Below are positions 1 to 9,025 of a stretch of 64,000 nt of DNA, in pieces; the first letter of the stretch is position 1; every line of letters begins with the position of its first letter. A program made the position numbers and the translations under genes. The notes beneath the pieces were generated by a model. That model ran no database searches. It saw only the letters and a program-made list of their open reading frames with translations, and was not told where the DNA came from. Location of the stretch: assembly GCA_020059465.1 (NCBI GenBank), contig JAGVBZ010000025.1, positions 2,913 to 66,912 on the forward strand, read 5' to 3'. The DNA is from Brevinematales bacterium (GTDB lineage Bacteria > Spirochaetota > Brevinematia > Brevinematales > GWF1-51-8).

Positions 1-59
1 CGGTCTCGGTCGCGGAAGTGATGTTTTTCGACGAATGATAGAAAGTTTTTATAACATAG

Positions 60-90
60 CCGCCTCCCTCACGGGGGCGGTTTTTATTTT
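60..90 (+). terminator. Rho-independent terminator
   Basis: 8-bp GC stem (CCGCCTCC / GGGGGCGG, one G-T wobble) at 60-80, followed by TTTTTATTTT. It sits just after stop codons at 36-41 of an unresolved upstream ORF fragment. Confidence 0.6.
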
Positions 91-98
91 CCTATTAG

Positions 99-127
99 TT
101 GCATATCATATTTATCAATGATAGAAT
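99..127 (+). promoter_or_regulatory. Sigma70-type promoter with overlapping inverted repeat (possible TA operator)
   Basis: TTGCAT (99-104), 17-nt spacer, TAGAAT (122-127). ATCAAT (115-120) and ATTGAT (131-136) form an inverted repeat flanking the -10 box. The ATG at 160 lies about 30 nt downstream. Confidence 0.5.
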
Positions 128-159
128 ATTATTGATCTAAAAATTATTAAGAGAGTCAT

Positions 160-609
160 ATGAGTAAGATTCTACTATATCTAGACAATTGTTGTTATAA
201 TCGACCTTATGACGATCAAACCAGCGAGAGTATTCGTTTGGAAACTGAGGCAAAACTTTTTATTCAGGATTGTATAAAACAAAATGAACTTGAACTTGCA
301 TGGTCGTTTATACTCGATTTTGAGAATTCCGCTAATCCGTTCGATGAACAGAGAGACAGTATCTGGGAATGGAAAACCATTGCAAAAGCAATTATATTGG
401 CTGAAGATGAAATTAAAATTCTAGCAAAACGTTTTGAAAAAGAAAAGGCAATAAAACCGAAGGACGCTCTTCATTTAAGTTGTGCTATATTTATAATGTG
501 CGATTATTTTTTAACTACCGACAAGGATCTGGTAAAAAAAGCAAAATCGATACCTGAAATTTCTGTACTTAATCCGATAGATTTCGTATTAGAATGGGAG
601 GAAAAATGA
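160..609 (+). CDS. PIN-domain-like protein (putative toxin)
   Basis: 149-aa ORF. N-terminal LLYLDNCCY and C-terminal DALHLSCA...FLTTDKDL follow the PIN pattern (hhhD near the N-terminus, DalhlA and flTxD near the C-terminus). Its stop overlaps the next ORF's start in ATGA. Confidence 0.6.
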   Translation: MSKILLYLDNCCYNRPYDDQTSESIRLETEAKLFIQDCIKQNELELAWSFILDFENSANPFDEQRDSIWEWKTIAKAIILAEDEIKILAKRFEKEKAIKPKDALHLSCAIFIMCDYFLTTDKDLVKKAKSIPEISVLNPIDFVLEWEEK

Positions 610-800
610 AGGCTGATAATGTAATACGGTCTGAAGGAATGAAGGTTCTGCGTGAAAAACTTGGGCTTGTCGAGGCTGAAAAATTTATTACGCTGATTCG
701 GCGGGATAACTTCAATTATACCGAATGGCAAAAGGATTTATGGAAGGATAAATCCGTCGATGAAGTATTCGATGCGGCTAAACAATTTTCTCATAAGTGA
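606..800 (+). CDS. Small partner protein of the PIN-like gene (putative antitoxin, unknown family)
   Basis: 64 aa from ATG 606, with GGGAGG at 596-601 as RBS and an ATGA start/stop overlap. The ORF track starts it at 594. No DNA-binding motif recognised, so the role is inferred from gene coupling only. Confidence 0.5.
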   Translation: MKADNVIRSEGMKVLREKLGLVEAEKFITLIRRDNFNYTEWQKDLWKDKSVDEVFDAAKQFSHK

Positions 801-811
801 AAACATTCCTT

Positions 812-837
812 CCGCTCCCGTCACGGGAGCGGTTTTA
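812..837 (+). terminator. Rho-independent terminator
   Basis: CCGCTCCCG-TCA-CGGGAGCGG hairpin followed by TTTTA, 12 nt after the stop codon at 798-800. Confidence 0.65.
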
Positions 838-866
838 TTGACATTATCCTTCACTTTGAATATAAT
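838..866 (+). promoter_or_regulatory. Consensus sigma70 promoter of the RHH/RelE module
   Basis: TTGACA (838-843), exactly 17 nt, TATAAT (861-866). Both hexamers are perfect consensus. Confidence 0.7.
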
Positions 867-899
867 TGAATAAATATGAATCATCTACGGGGTAAAAAT

Positions 900-1133
900 A
901 TGGCGAAAACCATCACAATGAGAGTGGACGACGACCTGTACCGTATCATAAAAAAAGCGGCGGACGGCGAGAAACGCTCGGTATCGAATTTCCTCGAATG
1001 GGCGGCATTTAATTATATCACCGGCGAACTACAGGTCGATAAAAATGAGATGGAGGAAATCCTCAGGAATACCGCTGACATCGATAAGGGATTGAAGGAA
1101 GCTAAAGAAGGGAAATACCGCGTTGTCGAATAG
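900..1133 (+). CDS. Ribbon-helix-helix (CopG-type) antitoxin
   Basis: KTITMRVDDDLYRIIKKAADGEKRSVSNFLEWA reads as strand-helix-helix. ATG 900 is preferred over track start 876 because the -10 box ends at 866. The toxin gene overlaps its 3' end. Confidence 0.75.
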   Translation: MAKTITMRVDDDLYRIIKKAADGEKRSVSNFLEWAAFNYITGELQVDKNEMEEILRNTADIDKGLKEAKEGKYRVVE

Positions 1134-1395
1134 TTTTTCTATCGCTGAAACCGAAACCTATCGGGAAAAAATCTCAGTCGAACCATACCGGAAAATCGCT
1201 CGTAAAATTTCGGACTTCGTTTATTCCCAACTGAAAGAAAATCCCTTTTTCGGCAACAATATAAAAAAGCTGAAAGGCGAGTATAAGGATGTTTACAGGT
1301 ACAGGATCGGCGGTTTTCGCTTATTCTATATTATCGATGAAGAAAAAAAACTCGTTATTATTATCGATATAGAACAGCGTAAAGACGCTTATTAA
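1123..1395 (+). CDS. RelE/ParE-family toxin
   Basis: 90 aa with a TTG start, overlapping the antitoxin by 11 nt. The C-terminal core YRYRIGGFRLFYIIDEEKKLVIIIDIEQRKDAY is typical of RelE/ParE. Confidence 0.8.
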   Translation: MSNSFSIAETETYREKISVEPYRKIARKISDFVYSQLKENPFFGNNIKKLKGEYKDVYRYRIGGFRLFYIIDEEKKLVIIIDIEQRKDAY

Positions 1396-1407
1396 CAAGG
1401 TGAAACA

Positions 1408-2076
1408 ATGGATATTTTTAACGGCATCGCCCAGCGCCTGAACGCCCTAAAAATCGCGTTCCATTATACTCCGGAACTCGCGCCCGAAAGTTCGCTACAT
1501 CCCGATGAACTCGCGTCCATCGCGCACGCCAGCCCGTTACGGCGGCGGGAATTCGCGGCAGGGCGTCTCTGCGCGCGTGAGGCTGTCCGTACGCTCGGCG
1601 TCGCAGGAGATATTTCCCTTCCGCGCGGACAGTTCCGTCAGCCTATTTTCCCCCCCGGCATCGCGGGAAGCATTTCACATACCGACGGCATGACCTGCGC
1701 GGCGGCGGCGTTCGCGCGCGATTACCGCGCGTTGGGTATCGATATCCAGATCCTCGGCCGCACCGTCAGCGAAGATGCGTCGGCGCAGATACTGAACGGC
1801 GACGAAATGGAATGGATAAGTATTCCCGACGGTATACTGACAGTTTTCTCGATCAAGGAAGCGTTTTTTAAGATGACGAGATGCCTGACCGACACCCCCT
1901 ACTGGTTCGATAAGGTTTCCGTACGGCGGACGGAAAAAAGCGATACGTTGATCTGCATGTACAGCACTCCCGCCGGAATTTTCGAAAAAGAGACCGAATT
2001 CCGGCGGAACGACCGTTATATATTTTCCTTCTGTACCTTGCGCGCGGATGAAAAACTAACCGGGATTAATCTTTAA
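1408..2076 (+). CDS. 4'-phosphopantetheinyl transferase (EntD/Sfp type)
   Basis: Motifs GSISHTDG, GIDIQ (the GxDxE position) and FSIKEAFFK. The gene is visibly GC-richer than the flanking TA genes. Confidence 0.8.
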   Translation: MDIFNGIAQRLNALKIAFHYTPELAPESSLHPDELASIAHASPLRRREFAAGRLCAREAVRTLGVAGDISLPRGQFRQPIFPPGIAGSISHTDGMTCAAAAFARDYRALGIDIQILGRTVSEDASAQILNGDEMEWISIPDGILTVFSIKEAFFKMTRCLTDTPYWFDKVSVRRTEKSDTLICMYSTPAGIFEKETEFRRNDRYIFSFCTLRADEKLTGINL

Positions 2077-3346
2077 ACCTCGTCAGAACGATTGACGAGT
2101 TCTGCCCGCCGAAGCCGAAGCTGTTCGACAATGCGACGTCGATCTTCTTTTCCATGAGCTTATTTTTAACGACATTCAGGTGGATCTCCGGATCCTGCTC
2201 GAATACGTTCATCGTAGGATGGATCACTCCCTCCTCGAACGCCATAATGGTCGCGATCGCCTCGATACCGCCCGCCGCACCGATCAGATGTCCTGTCATC
2301 GATTTCGTGCTGTGGACGAGAACATCCATCGTACGACTGCCGAATACCTTATTGATGCCTCTCGATTCGGTAAGGTCGCCCAACTGTGTGGATGTCCCGT
2401 GCGCGTTGATGAGCTGTACCTGAGATTTATCGATCTGTGCGTCTTCGATAGCGTTTTCCATAGCGTTCGCGCCGCCCCTTCCTTCGGGATGAGGAGCGAC
2501 CAGATCGAATGCGTCGCACGAGAATCCAAAGCCTTTGAGTTCGGCGTATATTCTCGCCCCACGCTTCTTGGCATGCTCGAGTTCTTCGAGCATGACTATC
2601 CCCGCGCCCTCGGCAAGTACAAAACCGTCCCGGTCTTTATCATACGGACGGCTTGCGGTCTCCGGGGAATCGTTCCGGCGGGAGAGCGCGAAAATCGCGT
2701 TAAAACCTCCGAATCCCGGAAGAATCGCCACCGCCTCGGTACCTCCCGCAACCATCACGTCGGAGAGTCCCATCCGGATCATCATCGCCGCGTTTCCGAT
2801 CGCATGGTTGCTGGTCGCGCAGGCTGAGTTGACCGAAAAATTCGGGCCCTGGAAATTATTTTCCTTGGCGAAGTATCCCGCAGGGGTGTTCGGGATCACC
2901 CCGACCACATAGAACGGAGATGTGTGATCTAATCCGAAATTGCGCATTACGTCGAACGTCTCCCAGTGCAGGCCAAGCCCGGCTTCGCCTGTGCCGATGA
3001 TCGCGCCGTAACGGGTCGGGTCTTTTTCGATCACCGCCGGATCAAGTCCGGAGTCTCTAAACGCCTGCGTGGCCGCCACATGCGCGAAAATAGCAAAACG
3101 GTCGAACCTGTTCAGCATTTTCTTCGATATAAAATCGGTTATATTTTCAGGGTAGTCCACCTCCGCGGCGATCTTCACCGGGAAGTCCACGAGATCAGGC
3201 GCAAATTTTTCCGCCAAACGGACACCCGATTTCCCGATTTTCAGGTTGTCCCAAAACTCCCGCACATTATTTCCAATCGGATTCATCGTCCCCATTCCGG
3301 TGATCACAATCCGTGTTTCATAAGGGTTTCGCCTTATTGTACCCAT
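2066..3346 (-). CDS. fabF: Beta-ketoacyl-ACP synthase II
   Basis: 426 aa with active-site NSACATS, HGTSTQLGD and GHLIGAAG, ending FGFGGQN. Confidence 0.93.
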   Translation of the reverse strand: MGTIRRNPYETRIVITGMGTMNPIGNNVREFWDNLKIGKSGVRLAEKFAPDLVDFPVKIAAEVDYPENITDFISKKMLNRFDRFAIFAHVAATQAFRDSGLDPAVIEKDPTRYGAIIGTGEAGLGLHWETFDVMRNFGLDHTSPFYVVGVIPNTPAGYFAKENNFQGPNFSVNSACATSNHAIGNAAMMIRMGLSDVMVAGGTEAVAILPGFGGFNAIFALSRRNDSPETASRPYDKDRDGFVLAEGAGIVMLEELEHAKKRGARIYAELKGFGFSCDAFDLVAPHPEGRGGANAMENAIEDAQIDKSQVQLINAHGTSTQLGDLTESRGINKVFGSRTMDVLVHSTKSMTGHLIGAAGGIEAIATIMAFEEGVIHPTMNVFEQDPEIHLNVVKNKLMEKKIDVALSNSFGFGGQNSSIVLTRFKD

Positions 3347-3489
3347 TCGAACCGCCTTAATTATTTTTACAATTATTTTAATACATTACAATAATTTGTC
3401 AATATGTGTAACAATTCACAAACCATGACAAAACACCCTGCCAGATTTCATTTGGATTTTTCTAACAGATTTTGAATGGTCTCTTTTAA

Positions 3490-3789
3490 TCAGGGAATAT
3501 CTTTGTGAATCAAACTCTTCGCCAGTTGAACATCAATATTCTCATATTCATGCGTCAGAATATTCCTGAAATGGTATACTTTTTTTACAGGGAGCGCTTT
3601 TCTATACTCCGCGTCCCGAAGTTTCTCTATTTTTTCACCAATCTGAAGGAGACACATAGATAAAGCATGATATCCAGCGACATCATTAAAAGCTTCATCC
3701 ATATCAGAATACTTATTTGTTATTTCTTCCATGTCGTCAATAATCTCGAGAATAAAATACAGCCTTACCTTATCCGAATCATTAGACAT
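3490..3789 (-). CDS. hepT: HepT-like HEPN (DUF86) toxin
   Basis: 99 aa with the Rx4H motif in FRNILTHEY. It overlaps the upstream nucleotidyltransferase gene by 8 nt. Confidence 0.8.
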   Translation of the reverse strand: MSNDSDKVRLYFILEIIDDMEEITNKYSDMDEAFNDVAGYHALSMCLLQIGEKIEKLRDAEYRKALPVKKVYHFRNILTHEYENIDVQLAKSLIHKDIP

Positions 3790-4090
3790 AGAAAGTTTCG
3801 GGTAGAATAAACTTTTTACCCGTTCTCCTTAAAGAATTTTTATTAACCATGTCAATTTTCCTGCACAGTTTCCGCTGGATTTCAAGTCTGATTTTATCAA
3901 GTTTGACATACGCATCGAAGCCTGAATTCGCGCTTAAAAACCGCTCGTTAAGTTCATAGAGAATATCGATATCGCTTTTTTCCATTTCCGTATCTTTCGC
4001 GAATGAGCCGAAAACACCGATAATAATAAACCCTTCCGGTAAGTATTTTTCCTTCAGCGCTTTCAGGTTCTGAATAATCATCTCATTCAT
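3782..4090 (-). CDS. mntA: MntA-like nucleotidyltransferase antitoxin
   Basis: GVFGSFAKD...SDIDIL is the minimal nucleotidyltransferase GSx(n)DxD signature. The gene is paired with a DUF86 gene. Confidence 0.8.
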   Translation of the reverse strand: MNEMIIQNLKALKEKYLPEGFIIIGVFGSFAKDTEMEKSDIDILYELNERFLSANSGFDAYVKLDKIRLEIQRKLCRKIDMVNKNSLRRTGKKFILPETFYV

Positions 4091-4115
4091 AATTAATCCT
4101 ATCTCTTTTTTTAGC

Positions 4116-5663
4116 CTAATGCCGGAAGTGGCGTACGCTTGTGAATACCATCGCGATCCCTCGTTCGTTCGCCGCGTCTATAGACTCCTGATCGCGCATC
4201 GAACCGCCCGGCTGTATGATCGCCGTAATTCCCTCCTGGGCGGCGTTATCCACACTGTCGCGGAACGGGAAATATGCGTCCGACGCCATTACCGCGCCGT
4301 CGAGTGTAAAGCCCGCGTCATGAGCCTTCATTACCGCGATACGCGCCGAATCCACCCGCGACATCTGCCCTGCGCCCACCCCGATAATCTGTCCGTCCTT
4401 CGCGTACACAATCGCGTTCGATTTGACGTACTTACAGATTTTCCACGCGAATTTCATATCGTCGATAGTCCCGTCGGGGGCCTTCTTCGTCACGCAGTCG
4501 AATTTCTCGGTATCCATACCGGGCATATCCCATCCCTGCGCGAGCATTCCGCTCTCCACCCGGCGGTACGACGTGCCTTTCTTCGTCCAATCGTTCCCCT
4601 TTATCTCGATAATTCTGAGGTTTTTCTTTTCCTTTAGTATCTCGATCGCCTCCGGTTCGTACCCGGTCGCGATAATGATTTCGTAGAACCGTTCGTGTAT
4701 CAGTTTGGCGGTTTCCGCGTCGAGACGGGTGTTGAATCCGACGATTCCGCCGAACGCCGAGGAGGGGTCGCCGGCGAGCGCGCGTTCGTATGCGTCCCGT
4801 ACGTTCTTTCCCTCCGCCGCTCCGCACGGATTCGTATGCTTGATGATTACACAGAAACTCTTTCCGCCCGCGAACTCGCGCAAAATATCTATCGCGGCGT
4901 CGGTGTCCATAATGTTATTATAGGAGAGTTTTTTACCGCCGTGTACCTCGGAATTCAGGACAGAAATATTATCCGCGATACCCGAACGGTACAGCGCGGC
5001 CGCCTGATGCGGGTTTTCGCCGTAACGCAATTCCTCGGTGAGTTTCATCGGTATCGATCCTTCCGCCGGGAACGCTGTTTTTCCCGAACGCGCGACGAAC
5101 CATGAAGAGATCAGACCGTCGTAGTATGCGGTATGCCCGAACGCCTTTGCGGCGAGCGCGAGACGTGTTTCTTCCGATGTGGAACCTTTCTCATCGATCT
5201 CTTCCATTATGCTCTCAAAATCTGAGTTATCCACTACTATATTTACGAAACGGTGGTTTTTCGCGGCCGCGCGGATCAGGGTCACCCCTCCGATATCGAT
5301 CTGTTCGATAATATCCTCAGGCGACGCCTTCGGGTCGGCGGCGGTCTCCTCGAACGGATACAGGCTGACTACCACATACTCTATCGGCTCGATATTATGC
5401 TTTTTCAGGTCGGCGAGATGATCGGGATTATCGGTGCAGGCAAGGATTCCGGAATGCACCATCGGATGCAGGGTTTTCACCCGTCCGCCGAGCACCTCCG
5501 GGAACCCGGTGATCGCGCTGAGCTCGGTGACCGCGACGCCCTTGTCCTTCAGGTACTTATAAGTCCCGCCGCTCGATACGATCTCGTACCCGCGCCCGGC
5601 AAGGAATTCCGCGAATGTCTCTATTCCGTCTTTCTTATATACGCTGAATAACGCCCTTTTCAT
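4116..5663 (-). CDS. purH: Bifunctional AICAR transformylase / IMP cyclohydrolase
   Basis: 515 aa. N-terminal MGS-like region ALFSVYKKDG...GGRVKTLHP and C-terminal AICARFT region ending RHFRH. Confidence 0.95.
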   Translation of the reverse strand: MKRALFSVYKKDGIETFAEFLAGRGYEIVSSGGTYKYLKDKGVAVTELSAITGFPEVLGGRVKTLHPMVHSGILACTDNPDHLADLKKHNIEPIEYVVVSLYPFEETAADPKASPEDIIEQIDIGGVTLIRAAAKNHRFVNIVVDNSDFESIMEEIDEKGSTSEETRLALAAKAFGHTAYYDGLISSWFVARSGKTAFPAEGSIPMKLTEELRYGENPHQAAALYRSGIADNISVLNSEVHGGKKLSYNNIMDTDAAIDILREFAGGKSFCVIIKHTNPCGAAEGKNVRDAYERALAGDPSSAFGGIVGFNTRLDAETAKLIHERFYEIIIATGYEPEAIEILKEKKNLRIIEIKGNDWTKKGTSYRRVESGMLAQGWDMPGMDTEKFDCVTKKAPDGTIDDMKFAWKICKYVKSNAIVYAKDGQIIGVGAGQMSRVDSARIAVMKAHDAGFTLDGAVMASDAYFPFRDSVDNAAQEGITAIIQPGGSMRDQESIDAANERGIAMVFTSVRHFRH

Positions 5664-5678
5664 CTTCCCTCCATGTGT

Positions 5679-7169
5679 TTAAGGTTTTAATTCCAGTATT
5701 TCCCGTATTACCGAATGCCCGTCCTTCAGACCGATGACTTTATTATGCCTGACGGGCAGTTTATCCAGCCCCGCAAGCGACCTGTGTACCGGCACCCCGG
5801 TCAGGGTCTGGAGCTTATCGAGCAGAACGAACTCGTCATCGACCGCCTTCTCGCCTGTAATCGCATGGTATACCGCTTTGTTGAACTTGAAGGGCGACGC
5901 TGTGGAATCGATCACAGTCGGAGTGGTGTCGCCGGTTTGTTCCACGTATGTCCGGTGGACATGCGAACCGACCGCAGTATGGGTATCGATCAGGTAATGG
6001 TCCTCGCGGAACATCCGCCTGATCTCGGCAAGAGTCGTTTCTTCGTCGGCGAAACCGCCGTAAAGCGAGTTAAATACCCGTTCGCGCGTCGTCTCGTCGA
6101 CCTTGAACCTTCCCTTCGTCTTCAGGTCGTCGTACCATCGTACGATCTTCTCGGGGTTGTTCCCGGTCACACTGTACAGGAAACGTTCGAGGTTCGACGA
6201 GATGAGGATATCCATCGACGGCGACACAGTCGGGTAAAATTCGCGGTTTTTATCATAGATACCGTCCGCAATAAAATCGGTCAGTATTTTATTCTTATTG
6301 GAGGAGCAGATAAAACGGTTCACTGGAAGCCCCATCTGCTGGGCGTAGTAACCCGCAAGTATGTTGCCGAAGTTTCCGGTAGGCACATTGAAGTTCACCG
6401 GATCGCCCATGAAAACTTTCCGCTTCTCGACCATCTGGAGATACGCCCAGAAATAATACACGATCTGCGGAACAAGCCGTCCCCAGTTGATGGAATTCGC
6501 CGACGAAAATTCGAAACCCGCCGCGCTCAGCTCGTTTACGATACCGGGGTCGGCGAATATCTCCTTTACCATGGTCTGGCAGTCGTCAAAATTCCCCTCG
6601 ACGCCCACCGTATAGGTATTCGACCCGGATGTCGTCACCATCTGGACTTCCTGCATATGGCTGACCCCGTTTTTCGGGTAAAACACGATGATACGAGTCC
6701 CGGGCACGTCGCGGAATCCCTCGAGGGCGGCCTTACCGGTATCCCCCGATGTGGCGACCAATATAACAATTTCTTTCTCGGACTTCTGTTTCTGCGCCGC
6801 GATTGTCAGCAGGTGGGGCATGATCTGAAGGGCAAGGTCTTTGAACGCGGCGGTCGGGCCGTGCCAAAGCTCCAGTACAGCAAGGTTATCGTGGAGCACC
6901 CGGAGCGGAGCGGGATTGCTAGTCTCGAAACGGTCAGGGCTGTACGCCTCGGCGACCGCGTACTGGATCTCGGAATCCGTAAAATCAGTCAGATAGAGTT
7001 TGAGTACCTCGAACGCAAGTTCCATATATGTCAGGCCGCGCAGGTTGAAGATATCGATCTCCGGGATGGTCTCAGGGCTGAATAAACCGCCCTTCGGTAC
7101 CATCCCCAGCCTGACCGCTTCCGCGCTCGGAACAGGCGGGTAGTTTCCCCGTGTGCTGACAAAACGCAT
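5679..7169 (-). CDS. thrC: Threonine synthase (long form)
   Basis: 496 aa. N-terminal MRFVSTRG, the PLP-lysine context HGPTAAFKDLALQ, and SSANSINWGRL. Confidence 0.93.
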   Translation of the reverse strand: MRFVSTRGNYPPVPSAEAVRLGMVPKGGLFSPETIPEIDIFNLRGLTYMELAFEVLKLYLTDFTDSEIQYAVAEAYSPDRFETSNPAPLRVLHDNLAVLELWHGPTAAFKDLALQIMPHLLTIAAQKQKSEKEIVILVATSGDTGKAALEGFRDVPGTRIIVFYPKNGVSHMQEVQMVTTSGSNTYTVGVEGNFDDCQTMVKEIFADPGIVNELSAAGFEFSSANSINWGRLVPQIVYYFWAYLQMVEKRKVFMGDPVNFNVPTGNFGNILAGYYAQQMGLPVNRFICSSNKNKILTDFIADGIYDKNREFYPTVSPSMDILISSNLERFLYSVTGNNPEKIVRWYDDLKTKGRFKVDETTRERVFNSLYGGFADEETTLAEIRRMFREDHYLIDTHTAVGSHVHRTYVEQTGDTTPTVIDSTASPFKFNKAVYHAITGEKAVDDEFVLLDKLQTLTGVPVHRSLAGLDKLPVRHNKVIGLKDGHSVIREILELKP

Positions 7170-7309
7170 AGAGTACTCCGATTGAAATAAATAAGATATA
7201 TTTTAACCGGAATCGGCGAAAAAAGAAAGTTTATCGGGATTTTGTCGCTTAATGAGACGGAATCATAAAGTCTTTCCCCGAAACAGGATTCCATTCATGA
7301 AGGCTGCGC

Positions 7310-7981
7310 TTAATTCACGGTCATCGTATACCCGTTATTATAATGCACCTCGAAATCGTTGCTCACCCAATAGATACCCTGAATAGACTGATAAGGCCCG
7401 TCATCGGAATAAGTGCTCCTGATATACCATTTTCCATTTTTCTGATAGGGAAAACAATAATAATATCCGGTCGGGTCGAATTTGGGAAATTCAATTTTCG
7501 CATAATTTCCGTACGAGTACCCGTTGATCTCGATACCGTACCCCATATCGCCCTGATAAATGAAACTATAATGGTGCTTCCATTCTCCGACATTGGTGTC
7601 AAACACTTCACGGTAGGGCCCCTGCACTTTACCGCTCTTTATGATGTAATAACGGACATACCCGTCGTCGTCTTTCCGCTTGAAGTAATAAATATAATCG
7701 CCGGAGTATCCGTAAAAATATAAGTACCCCGCATCCTCATACGGCCCGAATATATTATCGTTGATATTCACATAAGTCTTTTTCTCCCACACATAGACAA
7801 ACCCGAAATCGGGGGTGTTCTCCGCGAAAGCGAGCGAAAAGGCGGACGGGAACGGGCCGTATTTTTTATTGCCTATCCAGACTTCTTTACTTATCCCGTC
7901 TTCGCTGCGGATCAGATACCCGCGCGCGCACGCGCCGGATAGAAGCAGAATAATCATGATGGGCAGTATCGTTTCTTTCAT
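7310..7981 (-). CDS. Hypothetical lipoprotein with degenerate G-P-[YF] repeats
   Basis: Signal peptide with Cys (LLLSGAC). GPF/GPY-containing segments recur roughly every 35-45 aa. Tyr/Gly-rich. No family recognised. Confidence 0.55.
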   Translation of the reverse strand: MKETILPIMIILLLSGACARGYLIRSEDGISKEVWIGNKKYGPFPSAFSLAFAENTPDFGFVYVWEKKTYVNINDNIFGPYEDAGYLYFYGYSGDYIYYFKRKDDDGYVRYYIIKSGKVQGPYREVFDTNVGEWKHHYSFIYQGDMGYGIEINGYSYGNYAKIEFPKFDPTGYYYCFPYQKNGKWYIRSTYSDDGPYQSIQGIYWVSNDFEVHYNNGYTMTVN

Positions 7982-8143
7982 CTTTATCTCCGTGAGAGAT
8001 TATACAAAACATCGCCTCGTTTCGCAACTTCTTCTCATGAACAATAATACTCCCGTTAGATTTTACCAGATTTTATCAATCCTTTGACATTTTATTTTTT
8101 AATAATATACTATTTCAGGGATAAAACATGTAGGAGAAGGGAA

Positions 8144-8944
8144 ATGTCTAAAAAATATCAATCGATTCTATCGATGATCGCACTTATTCTATTATTTTCA
8201 TGTTCCAAACCGGCCGAGAAGGATATATTCGTCTGCGCGGAAAAAGGCGATATCGCCGGGATGAAGCTTCTGATAGAAAAAGGCACGAATGTGAACAAGG
8301 TTAATCCCGCCAATTATTCCATCCTGTTTGTCGCGATCACCAACGGGAACGCCGAAGCGGTCGAGTTCCTGATATCGAAGGGCGCGAATATATCGAACCG
8401 GATAGTCAACACCACTCCCCTCATGCTCGCCGCGGAATGCAACCAAACCCAGATCATCGTCATCCTCGCAGATAAGGGCGTGAAGCTGGACGATTCCAAC
8501 GGGATACGCACCGCGCTCATCAGCGCCGTCGAAAAGGGGAATCTTGCCGCGGTGAAGGCGTTAGCCGAAAAGGGAGCGAATATCAACCTGAAAAACAACC
8601 TGAACTGGACGGCTCTGATGTTCGCGGTTAAGTACGATCATCTCGAAATCGCGAAATACCTGATATCCATGAAGGCCGATCTGAAGGCAAAAGATTATTT
8701 CGACGATAGAACCGCGCTGATTATCGCGGTGGAGAACAATAATCCCGAAATGGTGAAGCTCCTGATAAAAAGCGGAGCGGAGGTCAATCAGCCGATGAAG
8801 GACGCCTCGGGAAAGAAAATGATGTATTACACTCCGCTCGACGTCGCCCAGAAAAAGGGGCTGAAGAAAATAGCCGACCTGCTGGTCGGTTACGGGGCGG
8901 CATCCAGTACGATCAATGCCGACACCGATTCCAAGACGGAATAA
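8144..8944 (+). CDS. Ankyrin-repeat lipoprotein
   Basis: ATG 8144 is preceded by AGGAGAAGGG, while the track ORF starts at 8084. Lipobox LLFSC. At least five ANK repeats (e.g. TPLMLAAECNQTQIIVILADKGVKLD, TALMFAVKYDHLEIAKYLISMKADL). Confidence 0.85.
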   Translation: MSKKYQSILSMIALILLFSCSKPAEKDIFVCAEKGDIAGMKLLIEKGTNVNKVNPANYSILFVAITNGNAEAVEFLISKGANISNRIVNTTPLMLAAECNQTQIIVILADKGVKLDDSNGIRTALISAVEKGNLAAVKALAEKGANINLKNNLNWTALMFAVKYDHLEIAKYLISMKADLKAKDYFDDRTALIIAVENNNPEMVKLLIKSGAEVNQPMKDASGKKMMYYTPLDVAQKKGLKKIADLLVGYGAASSTINADTDSKTE

Positions 8945-9025
8945 CAATTTCCATTTAAACGAAAAAACCGTTGCGTTTCGATGGAAATGGGGTTAAAATA
9001 GTGCAAAAGAATCGAGGGGCTTCCG

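Noticed and set aside
60-837. Similar hairpins (CCGCCTCCC...GGGGGCGG and CCGCTCCCG...CGGGAGCGG) flanking a TA cassette, considered as integron attC sites
   Set aside because: Both are simple GC stems followed by T-runs, so they are intrinsic terminators. There are no GTTRRRY core sites, no extrahelical-base architecture and no intI gene. Each downstream module also has its own consensus promoter.
876-899. Upstream ATG 876 as start of the RHH antitoxin (track coordinates)
   Set aside because: The -10 hexamer ends at 866, so a transcript would start around 873. That leaves no room for an RBS, whereas ATG 900 has a G-rich stretch upstream and gives a typical 77-aa RHH protein. A leaderless start at 876 cannot be fully excluded.
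5715-7085. 456-aa ORF on the + strand
   Set aside because: It is entirely antisense to thrC, whose product has unambiguous threonine synthase motifs. The antisense translation is Arg/Val/His-rich with no motif, which is typical of a shadow ORF.
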